The translations under genes and the position numbers were made by a program. A model generated the notes under the pieces. It was not told the DNA's origin, searched no databases, and saw only the letters and a list, made by a program, of their open reading frames with translations. From assembly GCF_009914755.1 (NCBI RefSeq), contig NC_060940.1: a stretch of DNA of 64,000 nt; one strand, given 5' to 3'. Below, in pieces: positions 14,402 through 27,900 of this stretch (positions within the stretch are counted from its first letter, which is position 1; every line of letters starts with the position of its first letter). This DNA is from the human T2T-CHM13v2.0 reference genome, Homo sapiens.

Positions 14402-16430
14402 ATATCTTCATATAAAATCTAGAAAGAAGCATTCTGAGAAACATCTTTGTGATGTTTGCATTCATGTCGCAGAGTTGAACATTCCCTTTCATAGAGCAGG
14501 TTTGAAGCACTCTTTTTGTAGTATCTGGAAGTGGACATTTGGAGCGCTTTGAGGCCTATGGTGAAAAAGGCAATATCTTCCCATAAAAACTAGACAGAAG
14601 CATTCTCAGAAACTTGTTTGTGATGTGTGTACTAAACTAACCGAGTTGAACCTTTCTTTTGATTGAGCACTTTTGAAGCACTCTTTTTGTAGAATCTGCA
14701 AGTGGATATTTGGATAGCTTTGAGGATTTCTTTGGAAACGGGAATATCTTCATAGAAAAAGTAGACAGAAGCATTCTCAGAAATTTCTTTGTGATGTTTG
14801 CATTCAACTCACAGAGTTGAACATTCCGTTTCATAGAGCAGGTTTGAAACACTCCTTTTGTAGTATCTGGAAGGAGACATTTGGAGCACTTTCAGGACTA
14901 TGGTGAAAAAGGAACTATCTTCCCAGTAAAACTAGACAGAAGCATTCTCAAAAACTTCTTTGTGATGTGTGTACTCAGCTAACAGAGTTGAACCTTTCTT
15001 TTGATAGAGCAGTTTTGAAACACTGTGTTTGTAGAATCTGCAAGTGGATATTCGGATAGCTTTGAGGATATCGTTGGAAACGGGAATATCTTCATATAAA
15101 ATCTAGACAGAAGCATTCTCAGAAACACCTTTGTGATGATTGCATTCAAGTCACAGAGTTGAATATTCCCTTTCATAGAGCAGGTTTGAAACACACTTTT
15201 TGTAGTATCTGGAAGTGAACATTTGGAGCACTTTGAGGCCTATGGTGATAAAGGAAATATCTTCCCATAAAAAATTGACAGAAGCCTTCTCAGAAACTTG
15301 TTTATGATGAGTGTACTCAAAGAACAGAGTTGAACATTTATTTTGGTAGTTTTGAAACACGGTTTTTGTATAATCTGCAAGTGGATATTTGAATAGCTTT
15401 GAGGATTTCATTGGAAACAGGAATATCTTTATATAAAAATTAGACAGAAGCATTATCAGAATATGCTTTGTGATGTTTTTATTCAAGTCACAGAGTTGAA
15501 CATTCCCTTTCATAAAGCAGGTTTGAAACACTCTTTTTGTAGTATCGGGAAGTGGACATTTGGAGCGCTATGAGGTGTATGGTGAAAAAGGAAATATCTT
15601 CCCTTGAAAACTAGACAGAAGCATTCTCAGAAACTTGTTTGTGATGTGTGTACTCAACTAACAGAGTTGACCCTTTCTTTTGATAGAACAGTTTTGAGAC
15701 ACTGCTTTCTGGAATCTGCAAGTGGATATTTGGATAGCTTTGAGGATTTCGTTGGAAAAGGGAATATCTTCATATAAAATCTAGAAAGAAGCATTCTCAG
15801 AAACATCTTTGTGATGTTTGCATTCAAGTCACAGAGTTGAACATTCCCTTTCAAAGAGAAGGTTTGAAACCATCTTTTTGTAGTATCTGGAAGTGGACAT
15901 TTGGAGCGCTATGGGGCCTATGGTTAAAAAGGAAATATCTTCCCATAAAAACTACACAGAAACATTCTCAGAAGCTTGTTTGTGATGTGTGTACTCAAGT
16001 AACAGAATTGAACCTTTCTTTTCATAGAGCAGTTTTGAAACCCTCCTTTTGTAGAATCCACAAGTGTATATTTGGACAGCTTTGAGGATTTTATTGGAAA
16101 CGGAATTAACTTCATATAAAATCTAGACAGAAGCATTCTCAGAAACTTCTTCCTGATGTTTGCATTCAAGTCACAGAGTTGAACATTCCCTTTCATACAG
16201 CAGGTTTGAAACACACCTTTTGTAGTATCTGGAAGTGGACATTTGGAGCACTTTTAGGTCTATGGTGAAAAAGGAAATATCTTCCAATAAAAACTAGACA
16301 GAAACATTCTCAGAAACTTGTTTGTGATGTGTGTGCTCAACTAACAGAGTCGAACCTTTCTTTTGATAAAACAGTTTTGAAACACTCTTTTTGTAGAATC
16401 TGTAATTGGATATTTGGATAGCTTTGAGGA

Positions 16431-16447
16431 TTTCGTTGGAAACGGGA
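16431..16447 (+). promoter_or_regulatory. CENP-B box (canonical)
   Basis: TTTCGTTGGAAACGGGA. Confidence 0.85.
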
Positions 16448-18479
16448 ATATCTTCATATAAAATCTAGACAGAAGCATTCTCAGAAATACCTTTGTGATG
16501 TTTGCTTTCAAGTCACGGATTTGAACATTCCCTTACATAGAGCATGTTTGAAACCCTCTTTTGTATTATCTGGAAGTGGACATTTGGAGTGCTATGAGGT
16601 GTATGGTGAAAAAGGAAACATCTTCCCATGAAACCTAGACAGAAGCATTCTCAGAAACTTGTTTATGATGTGTGTACTCAACTAACAGAGTTGAACCTTT
16701 CTTTTGATAAAGCAGTTTTGAAAAACTCTTTTTGTAGAATCTTGAAGGGGATAATTGGATAGCTTAGAGGATTTCATTGGAAACGAGAATATCTTCTAAA
16801 AAATCTGTACAGAAGCATTCTGAGAAACATCTTTGTAATGTTTGCATTCAAGTCACAGAATTGAACATTCCCTTTAACAGAGCAGGTTTGAAACACTCTT
16901 TTTGTAGTATCTGCAAGTGGATATTTGGAGCGCTCTGAAGATATGGTGAAAAAGGAAATCTGTTCCCATAAAAATTAGACAGAAGCATTCTCAGAAAGTT
17001 GTTTGTGATGTGTGTACTCAACTAACAGAGTTGAACCTTTCTTTTGATAGAGCAGTTTTGCAACACTCTTTTTGTAGAATCTGCAAGTGGATATTTGGAT
17101 AGCTTTGAGGATTTCATTGGAAACGGAAAAATATTCATATAAAAAGTAGACAGAAGCATTCTCAGAAACTTATTTGTGATGTTTGTATTCAAGTCACGGA
17201 GTTGAACATTCCCTTTCATAGAGCAGGTTTGAATCACTTTTTTTGTAGTATCTGGAAATGGACATTTGGAGAGATTTGAGGCCTACGGTGAAAAATAAAA
17301 TCTCTTCCCATAAAAACTAGATAGAAGCATTCTCAGAAACTTGTTTGTGATGTGTGTACACAACTAACAGAGTTGAACCTTTCTTTGGATAGAGTAGTTT
17401 TGAAACACTCTTTTTGTAAAATCTGCAAGAGGATATTTGGATAGCTCTGAGGATTTCATTGGAAATGGGAATATCTTCAAATAAACTCTACACAGAAGCA
17501 TTGTCAGAAACACCTTTGTGATGTTTGCATTTAAGTCACGGAGTTGAACATTCCCTTTCATACAGCAGCTTTGAAACACTCTTTTTGTAGTATCTGGAAG
17601 TGGACCTTAGGAGCGCTTTGAGGCCTATGGTGAAAAGGGAAATATCTTCAAATAAAAACTAGATAGAAGCATTCTCAGAAACTTGTTTGTTATGTGTGTA
17701 CTCAACTAACAGAGTTGAACCTTTCCTTTGATAGAGCAGTTTTGAAATACTCTTTTTGTAGAATCTGCAAGTGGATATTTCGATAGCTTAGAGGATTTCG
17801 TTGGAGATGGGAATATCTTCATATAAAATCTGGACAGAAGCATTCTGAGAAACATCTTTGTGATGTTTGCATTCAAGTCACAGATTTGAACATTACCTTT
17901 CATAGAGCAGGTTTGAAACACTCTTTTTGTAGTATCTGGAATTGGACATTTGGAGCGCTTTGAGGCCTATGGTTAAAAAGGAAATCTCTTCACATAAAAA
18001 CTAGACAGAAGCATTCTCAGAAAGTTGTTTATGATGTGTTTACTCAACTAACAGAGTTGAAACTCTCTTTTGATAGAGCAGTTTTGAAACACTCTTTTTG
18101 AAGTATCTGCAAGTGGATATTTGGATAGCTTTGAGGATTTTGTTGGAAACGGGAATATCTTCATATAAAAAGTAGACAGTAGCATTCTCAGAAACTTCTT
18201 TGTGATGTTCGCATTCAACTCACAGAGTTGAACATTTCCTTTCATAGACCAGGTTTGAAACACTTTTTTTGTAGTATCTGGAAGTGGACATTTGGAGAGC
18301 TTTGAGGCCTATGGTGAAAAAGGAAATCTCTTCCTGTAAAAACTAGATAGAAACATTCTCAGAAACTTGTTTGTGATGTGTGTACTCAACTAACAGAGTT
18401 GAACCTTTCTTTTGATAGAGCAGATTTGAAACACTCTTTTTGTAAAATCTGCAAGAGGATATTTGGATAGCTCTGAGGA

Positions 18480-18496
18480 TTTCGGTGGAAACGGGA
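18480..18496 (+). promoter_or_regulatory. CENP-B box (core intact; duplicate of 12164)
   Basis: TTTCGGTGGAAACGGGA. Confidence 0.7.
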
Positions 18497-20700
18497 ATAT
18501 CTTCATATAAACTCTACACAGAAGCATTCTCAGAAACACCTTTGTGATGCTTGCATTTAAGTCACGGAGTTGAACATTCCCTTTCATACAGCAGCTTTGA
18601 AACACTCTTTTTGTGGTATCTGGAAGTGGACATTAGGAGCGCTTTGAGGCCTATGGTGAAAAGGGAAACATCTTCAAATAAAAACTAGATAGAAACATTC
18701 TCAGAAACTTGTTTGTGATGTGTGTACTCAACTAACAGAGTTGAACCTTTCCTTTGATAGAGCAGTTTTGAAACACTCTTTTTGTAGAATCTGCAAGTGG
18801 ATATTTCGATAGCTCAGAGGATTTCATTGGAAATGGGAATATCTTCATATAAAATCTGGACAGAAGCATTCTGAGAAACATCTTTGTGATGCTTGCATTC
18901 AAGTCACAGATTTGAACATTCCCTTTCATAGAGCAGGTTTCAAACACTCTTTTTGTAGAATCTGCAAGTGGATATTTGGATAGCTTTGAGGATTTCTTTG
19001 GAAACGGGAATATCTTCATAGAAAAAGTAGACAGAAGCATTCTCAGAATCTGCTTTGTGATGTTTGCATTCAAGTCACAGAGTTGAACATTCCCTTTCAT
19101 ACAGCAGGTTTCAAACACTCTTTTTGTAGTATCTGGAAGTGGACATGTGGATCCCTTTGAGGCCTATGGTGGAAAAGGAAATCTCTTCCCACAAAAACTA
19201 GACAGAAGCATTCTCAGAAACTTGTTTATGATGTGTGTACTCAACTAACAGATTTGAACCTTTCTTTGAAAGAGCAGTTTTGAAACACTGTTTTTATAGA
19301 ATCTGCAAGTGGATATTTGAATAGCTTTGAGGATATCTTTGGATACGGGAATGTCTTCATATAAAAAGTAGACAGAAGCTTTCTCACAAACCACTTTCTG
19401 ATGTTTGCATTCTTGTCACAGAGTTGAACATTCTCTTTTATAGAGCAGGTTTGAAACTCTATTTTTGTAGTATCTGGAAGTGGACATTTGGAGCGCTTTG
19501 AGGCCTATGGTGAAAAAGGAAATCTGATCCCATAAAAACTAGACAGAAGCATTCTCAGAAACTTGTTTGTCATGTGTGTACTCAACTAACAGACTTGAAC
19601 CTCTCTTTTGATAGAGCAGTTTTGAAACACTCTTTTTGTAGAATCTTCAAGTGGCTACTTGGATAGCTTAGAGGATTTCCTTGGAAACGGGAATGTCTTC
19701 ATATCAAATCCAGCCAGAAGCATTCTCAGAAACCTCTTTGTAATGTTTGCATTCAAGTCACAGAGTTGAACATTACCTTTCATAGAGCAGGTTTGAAACA
19801 CTATTTTTGTTGTATTTGGAAGTGGACAATTGGAGCGCTTTGAGGCCTACGGTGAAAAGGAAATATCTTCCAATAAAAACTAGACAGAAGCATTCTCAGA
19901 ATCTTGTTTATGATGTGTATACTCAACTAACAGAATTGAACCTTTCTTTTGATGGAGCAGTTCTGAAACATTCTTTTTGTAGAATCTGCAGGTGGATATT
20001 TGGATAGCTTTGAGGGTTTCTTTTGAAACGGGATTATCTTCATATAAAAAGTGGACAGAAGCATTCTCAGAAACTTCTTTGTGATGTTTGCATTTAAGTC
20101 ACAGAGTTGAACTTTCCCTTTCATAGAGCAGGTTTGAAACACACTTTTTGTAGTATCTGGAAGTGGACATTTGGAGTGCTTTGAGGCCTATGGTGAAAAA
20201 GGAAATATCTTCCCATGAAAACTAGATTGAAGCATTCTCAGAAACGTGTTTGTGATGTCTGTACTCAACTAACAGAGTTGAACCTTTCTTTTGATAGAGC
20301 AGTTTTGAAACATTCTTTTTGTAGAATATGCAAGTGGATATTTGGAAATCTTTGAGGATTTCATTGGAAATGGGAATATCTTCATATAAAATCTGGACGG
20401 AAGCATTCTGAAAAACATCTTTGTGATATTTGCATTCAAGTCACAGAGTTGAACATTTCTTTTCATAGCGCAGGTTTGAAACACTCTTTTTGTGGTATCT
20501 GGAATTGGACATTTGGAGCACTTTGAGGCCGATAGTGAAAAAGGAAATATCTTCCCATAAAAACTAGATAGAAGCATTCTCAGAAACTTGTTCATGATGT
20601 GTGTACTCAACTTAGAGGGTTGAACCTTTCTTTTGATAGAGCAGTTTTGAAACACTCTTTTTGTAGAATCTGCAAGTGGCTATTTGGATAGCTTAGAGGA

Positions 20701-20717
20701 TTTCGATGGAAACGGGA
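20701..20717 (+). promoter_or_regulatory. CENP-B box (core intact; duplicate of 14385)
   Basis: TTTCGATGGAAACGGGA. Confidence 0.7.
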
Positions 20718-22746
20718 ATATCTTCATATAAAATCTAGAAAGAAGCATTCTGAGAAACATCTTTGTGATGTTTGCATTCATGTCGCAGAGTTGAACATTC
20801 CCTTTCATAGAGCAGGTTTGAAGCACTCTTTTTGTAGTATCTGGAAGTGGACATTTGGAGCGCTTTGAGGCCTATGGTGAAAAAGGCAATATCTTCCCAT
20901 AAAAACTAGACAGAAGCATTCTCAGAAACTTGTTTGTGATGTGTGTACTAAACTAACCGAGTTGAACCTTTCTTTTGATTGAGCACTTTTGAAGCACTCT
21001 TTTTGTAGAATCTGCAAGTGGATATTTGGATAGCTTTGAGGATTTCTTTGGAAACGGGAATATCTTCATAGAAAAAGTAGACAGAAGCATTCTCAGAAAT
21101 TTCTTTGTGATGTTTGCATTCAACTCACAGAGTTGAACATTCCGTTTCATAGAGCAGGTTTGAAACACTCCTTTTGTAGTATCTGGAAGGAGACATTTGG
21201 AGCACTTTCAGGACTATGGTGAAAAAGGAACTATCTTCCCAGTAAAACTAGACAGAAGCATTCTCAAAAACTTCTTTGTGATGTGTGTACTCAGCTAACA
21301 GAGTTGAACCTTTCTTTTGATAGAGCAGTTTTGAAACACTGTGTTTGTAGAATCTGCAAGTGGATATTCGGATAGCTTTGAGGATATCGTTGGAAACGGG
21401 AATATCTTCATATAAAATCTAGACAGAAGCATTCTCAGAAACACCTTTGTGATGATTGCATTCAAGTCACAGAGTTGAATATTCCCTTTCATAGAGCAGG
21501 TTTGAAACACACTTTTTGTAGTATCTGGAAGTGAACATTTGGAGCACTTTGAGGCCTATGGTGATAAAGGAAATATCTTCCCATAAAAAATTGACAGAAG
21601 CCTTCTCAGAAACTTGTTTATGATGAGTGTACTCAAAGAACAGAGTTGAACATTTATTTTGGTAGTTTTGAAACACGGTTTTTGTATAATCTGCAAGTGG
21701 ATATTTGAATAGCTTTGAGGATTTCATTGGAAACAGGAATATCTTTATATAAAAATTAGACAGAAGCATTATCAGAATATGCTTTGTGATGTTTTTATTC
21801 AAGTCACAGAGTTGAACATTCCCTTTCATAAAGCAGGTTTGAAACACTCTTTTTGTAGTATCGGGAAGTGGACATTTGGAGCGCTATGAGGTGTATGGTG
21901 AAAAAGGAAATATCTTCCCTTGAAAACTAGACAGAAGCATTCTCAGAAACTTGTTTGTGATGTGTGTACTCAACTAACAGAGTTGACCCTTTCTTTTGAT
22001 AGAACAGTTTTGAGACACTGCTTTCTGGAATCTGCAAGTGGATATTTGGATAGCTTTGAGGATTTCGTTGGAAAAGGGAATATCTTCATATAAAATCTAG
22101 AAAGAAGCATTCTCAGAAACATCTTTGTGATGTTTGCATTCAAGTCACAGAGTTGAACATTCCCTTTCAAAGAGAAGGTTTGAAACCATCTTTTTGTAGT
22201 ATCTGGAAGTGGACATTTGGAGCGCTATGGGGCCTATGGTTAAAAAGGAAATATCTTCCCATAAAAACTACACAGAAACATTCTCAGAAGCTTGTTTGTG
22301 ATGTGTGTACTCAAGTAACAGAATTGAACCTTTCTTTTCATAGAGCAGTTTTGAAACCCTCCTTTTGTAGAATCCACAAGTGTATATTTGGACAGCTTTG
22401 AGGATTTTATTGGAAACGGAATTAACTTCATATAAAATCTAGACAGAAGCATTCTCAGAAACTTCTTCCTGATGTTTGCATTCAAGTCACAGAGTTGAAC
22501 ATTCCCTTTCATACAGCAGGTTTGAAACACACCTTTTGTAGTATCTGGAAGTGGACATTTGGAGCACTTTTAGGTCTATGGTGAAAAAGGAAATATCTTC
22601 CAATAAAAACTAGACAGAAACATTCTCAGAAACTTGTTTGTGATGTGTGTGCTCAACTAACAGAGTCGAACCTTTCTTTTGATAAAACAGTTTTGAAACA
22701 CTCTTTTTGTAGAATCTGTAATTGGATATTTGGATAGCTTTGAGGA

Positions 22747-22763
22747 TTTCGTTGGAAACGGGA
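22747..22763 (+). promoter_or_regulatory. CENP-B box (canonical; duplicate of 16431)
   Basis: TTTCGTTGGAAACGGGA. Confidence 0.85.
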
Positions 22764-23086
22764 ATATCTTCATATAAAATCTAGACAGAAGCATTCTCAG
22801 AAATACCTTTGTGATGTTTGCTTTCAAGTCACGGATTTGAACATTCCCTTACATAGAGCATGTTTGAAACCCTCTTTTGTATTATCTGGAAGTGGACATT
22901 TGGAGTGCTATGAGGTGTATGGTGAAAAAGGAAACATCTTCCCATGAAACCTAGACAGAAGCATTCTCAGAAACTTGTTTATGATGTGTGTACTCAACTA
23001 ACAGAGTTGAACCTTTCTTTTGATAGAGCAGTTTTGAGACCCTTTTTTGTGGAATCTGAAAGTGGATATTTGGATAGCTTTGAGGA

Positions 23087-23103
23087 TTTCGTTGGAAACG
23101 GGA
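23087..23103 (+). promoter_or_regulatory. CENP-B box (canonical)
   Basis: TTTCGTTGGAAACGGGA. Confidence 0.85.
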
Positions 23104-24967
23104 ATATCTTCATATAAAATCTAGACAGAAGTATCCTCAGAAACTTCTTTGTGATGTTTGCATTCAAGTCACAGAGTTGAACATTCCCTTTCATAGAGTA
23201 CATTTGAAACACTCTTTTTGCAGTATCTGGGATTGGACATTTGGAGCGCTTTGAGGCCTATGGTGAAAAAGGAAATCTCTTCCCATAAAACTAGACAGAA
23301 GCATTCTCAGAAACTTGTTTGTGATGTGTGTAGTCAACTAACAGATTTGAACCTTTCTTTTGATAGAGCAGTTTTGAAACAGTCTTTTTGTAGAATCTGC
23401 AAGTGGATATTTGGGTAGATTTGAGGATTTCATTGGAAACGGGAATATCTTCATATAAAAAGTAGACAGAAGCATTCTAAGAAACTTCTTTGTGATGTTT
23501 GCATTCAAGTCACGGAGTTAAACATTCCCTTTCATAGAGCAGGTTTCAAACACTCTTTTTGTAGTATCTGCAAGTGGATATTTTGATAGCTTTGAGGATT
23601 TCATTGGATACGGGAATGTCTTCATATAAAAAGTAGACAGAAGTATTCTCAGAATCTTCTTTGTGATGTTTGCATTCAAGTCACAGAGTTGAACATTCCG
23701 TTTCATAGAGCAGGTTTCAAACACTCTTTTTGTAGTATCTGGAAGTAGACATATAGATCGCTTTGAGGCCAATGGTGGAAAAGGAAATCTCTTCCCATAA
23801 AAACTAGACAGAAGCATTCTCTGAAACTTGTTTGTGATGTGTGTACTCAACTAACAGAGTTGAACTTTTCTTTTGATATTGCAGTTTTGAAACAGTCTTT
23901 TCATAGAATCTGCAAGTGGATATTCGGATAGCTTTGAGGATTTCATTGGTAAAGGGAATATCTTCATATAAAATCTAGACAGAAGCATTCTCAGAAACAT
24001 CTTTGTGATGATTGCATTCAAGTCACAGAGATGAACATTCCCTTTCATAGAGCAGGTTTGAGACACTCTCTTTGTAGTATCTGGAAGTGGACACTTGGAG
24101 TGATTTGTGGCCTACGGTGAAAAAGGAAATATCTTCCCATAAAAATTAGAGAGAAGCATTCTCAGAAACTTGTTTGTAATGTGTGTGCTCAGCTAACAGA
24201 GTTGAACCTTTCTTTTGATAGAGCATTGTTGAAACACTCTTTTTGTAGAATCTGCAAGTGGATATTTGAATAGCTTTGAGGATTTCTTTGGAAGCGGGAA
24301 TACCTTCATATAAAATCTAGACAGAAGCATTCTAAGAAACACGTTTGTGATGTTTGCATTCAAGTCACAGAGTGGACCATTCCCTTTCATAGAGCAGGTT
24401 TGAAACAATCTTTTTGTTGTATTTGGAAGTGGACATTTGGAGCGCTTTGAGGCCTTTGGTGAAAAAGGAAATATCTTCCCATAAAAATTAGACAGACGCA
24501 TTCTCAGAAATTTGTTTGTTATGTTTGTACTCAACTAACAGAATTGAACCTTTCTTTTAATAGAGTAGTTTTGAAACACTCTTTTTGTAGAATCTGCAAG
24601 TGGATAATTTGGATAGCTTAGAGGATTTCTTTGGAAACGGGAATATCATCATATAACATCTGGACAGAAACATTCTGAGAAACCACTTTGTGATGTTTGC
24701 ATTCAAGTCAAAGAGGTGAACATTCCCTTTCATAGAGAAGGTTTGAATCACTCCTTTTGTAGTATCTGGAAGGGGACATTTGGAGCGCTTTTTGGCCTAT
24801 GGTGAAAAAGGAAATATTTTCCCAGAAAAACTAGACAAAAGCATTCTCAAAAACTTGTTTGTGATGTGCGGACTCAACTAACAGAGTTGAACCTTTCTTT
24901 TGATAGAGCAGTTTTGAAACTCTCTTTTTGTAGAATCTGCAAGTGGATATTTTGATAGCTTTGAGGA

Positions 24968-24984
24968 TTTCGTTGGAATCGGGA
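24968..24984 (+). promoter_or_regulatory. CENP-B box (core positions intact)
   Basis: TTTCGTTGGAATCGGGA. Confidence 0.7.
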
Positions 24985-27900
24985 ATATCTTCATATAAAA
25001 TCTAGACAGAATCATTCTAGGAAACAACTTTGTGATGTTTGCATTCAAGTTACCGAGTTGAACATTCTCTTTCATAGAGCAGGTTTGAAACACACTCTTT
25101 TTAGCATCTGGAAGTGGACATTTGGAGCACTTTGAGACCTATGGTGAAAAAGGAAATATCTTCCCATAAAATCTAAACAGAAGCTTTCTCAGAAACTTGT
25201 TTATGATGTGTGTACTCAACTAACAGAGTTGAACCTTTCTTTTGATAGTTTTGAAACACGGTTTTTGGAGAATCTGCAAGTGGATATTTGGATAGCTTTG
25301 AGGATTTCTTTGGAAACGGGAATATCTTCATATAAAAAGTAGACAGAAGCATTCTCAGAATCTGCTTTGTGATGTGTGCATTCAAGTCACAGAGTTGAAC
25401 ATTCCCTTTCATAGAGCAGGTTTGAAACAATCTTTTTGTAGTATCTGGAATTGGACATTTGGAGCGCTTTGAGGCGTATGGTGTGAAAGGAAATATCTTC
25501 CCATGAAAACTTCACAGAAGCATTGTCAGAAACTTGTTTGTTATGTGTGTACTAAACTAACCGAGTTGAACCTTTCTTTTGATAGAACAGTTTTGAAACA
25601 CTCTTTTTGTAGAATCTGCAAGTGGATATTTGGATAGCTTTCGGGATTTCTTTGGAATCGGGTATATCTTCATATGAAAAGCAGACAGAAGCATTCTCAG
25701 GTATTTCTTTGTGATGATTGCATTCAAGTCACAGAGTTGAACATTCCCTTTAATAGAGCAGGTTTTAAACACTCTTTTTGTAGTATCTGGAAGTGGACTT
25801 TGGAGCGCTTTGAGGCCTATGGTAGAAAAGGAAATCTCTTCCTATAAAAACTAGACAGAAGCATGCTCAGAAACTTGTTTGTGATGTGTGTACTCAACTA
25901 CCAGAGTTGAACCCTTCTTTTGATAGAGCAGTTTTGAGACACTGTTTTTGTAGAATCTGCAAGTGGATATTTGGATAGCTTTGAGGATATCGTTGGGATC
26001 GGGAATATCATCATATAAAATCTAGACCAAAGCATTCTCAGAAACATCTTTGTGATGTTTGCATTCAAGTCAAAGAGTTGAACATTCCCTTTCATGGAGC
26101 AGTTTGAAACCATCTTTTTTTAGTGTCTGGAAGTGGACATTTGGAGCGCTAGGAGGCCTATGGTGAAGAAGGAAATATCTTCCCAGAAAAACTAGACAGA
26201 AGCATTCTCAGAAGCTTGTTTATGACGTGTGTACTCAACAAACAGAGTTGAACTTTTCTTTTGATAGAGCAGTTTTGAAAAACTCTTTTTGTAGAATCTG
26301 TAAGTGAATATTTGGATACCTTTGAGGATTTCGTTGGTAACGTAAATATCTTCATTTAAAATCTAGACAGAAGCATTCTCAGAAATACCTTAGTGATGTT
26401 TGCATTCACATCACGGAGTTGAACATTCCCTTTCATAGAGCAGGTTTGAAACCCTCTTTTGTAGTATCTGGAGATGAACATTTGGAGCGCTTTGAGACCA
26501 ATGGTGTAAAAGGAAATCTCCTCCCATAAAAACAAGACAGAAGCATTCTCAGAAACTTGTTTATGATCTGTGTAGTCAACTAACAGAGTTGAACCTTTCT
26601 TTTGATAGAGCAGTTTTGAAACACTCTTTTTGTAAAATCTGCAAGTGGATATTTGGAGAGCTTCGAGGATTTCGTTGGAAACTGGAATATCTTCATATAA
26701 AATCTAGACTGAAGCATTCTGAAAACATGTTTGTGATGTTTGCATTCAAGTCACAGAGTTGAACATTCCCTTTCATACAGCACGTTTTATACACTCTTTT
26801 TGTGGTATCTTGAAGTGGAGATTTGGAGCACTTTGTGGCGTATGGTGAAAAAGGAAATCTCTTCCCATAAAAACTAGACAGAAGCATTCTCAGGAACATG
26901 TTTGTGATGTGTGTAGTCAACTAACAGATTTGAACCTTTCTTTTGATAGAGCAGTTTTGAAACACTCTTTTTGTAGAATCTGCAAGTGGATAATTCGATA
27001 GCTTTGAGGATTTTGTTGGAAACGGGAATATCTTCATATAAAAAGTAGACAGAAGCATTCTCAGAAACTTCTTTGTGATGTTCATATTCAAGTCACAGAG
27101 TTGAACATTCCCTTTCATAGAGCAGGTTTGAAAAACTTTTTTTGTAGTATCTGGAATTGGACATTTGGAGCGCTTTGAGGCCTGTGGTGAAAAAGGAAAT
27201 ATCTTCCTGTAAAAACTAGACAGAAGCATTCTGAGAAACTTGTTTATGATGTGTGTACTCAACTAACAGAGTTAAAGCTTTCTTTTGATAGAGCAGTTTT
27301 GAAACACTCGTTTTGTAGAATCCGCAAGTGGATATTTGGATAGCTTTGAGGATTTCGGTGGAAACGGAATTATCTTCATATAAAATCTAGACAGAAGCAT
27401 TCTCAGAAACTTCTTGTGATGTTTGCATTCAAGTCACAGAGTTGAACATGCCCTTTCATACTGCAGGTTTGAAACACTCTTTTTGTTGTATTTGGAAGTG
27501 GTCATTTGGAGCTCTTTGAGTACTTTGGTGAAAAAGGAAATATCTTCCCATAAAAATTAGACAAACTCATTCTCAGAAACTTGTTTGTGATGTGTGTACT
27601 TAACTGACAGACTTGTACCTTTCTTTTGATAGAGCAGTTTTGAAACACTCTTTTTGTAGAATCTGCAAGTGGATATTTAGATAGCTTAGAGGATTTTGTT
27701 GGAAACGGGAATATCATCATATAAAATCTGGACGGAAACATTCTGAGAAACAGCTTTGTAATGTTTGCTTTAAAGTCACAGAGTTGAACATTCCCTTTCA
27801 TAGAGCAGGTTTGAAACACTCCTTTTGTAGTATCTGGAAGGGGACATTTGGAGTGCTATGAGGCCTATGGTGAAAAAGGAAATATCTTCCCATAAAAACT

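Larger units (their letters stand above)
10375..16690 (+). repeat. 6,316-bp (37-monomer) alpha-satellite unit, copy 1 of tandem duplication
   Basis: Every ORF in 10706-16214 recurs with identical translation exactly 6,316 bp downstream. The match breaks at 10374 (C) versus 16690 (G). Confidence 0.95.
16691..23006 (+). repeat. 6,316-bp (37-monomer) alpha-satellite unit, copy 2 of tandem duplication
   Basis: Rare variants recur at +6316 (GAATCTTGAAGGGGATAATT, GTGGATCCCT, CTTAGAGGGTTG). The period-6316 match ends at 23025 (16710 A versus 23026 G). Confidence 0.95.
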
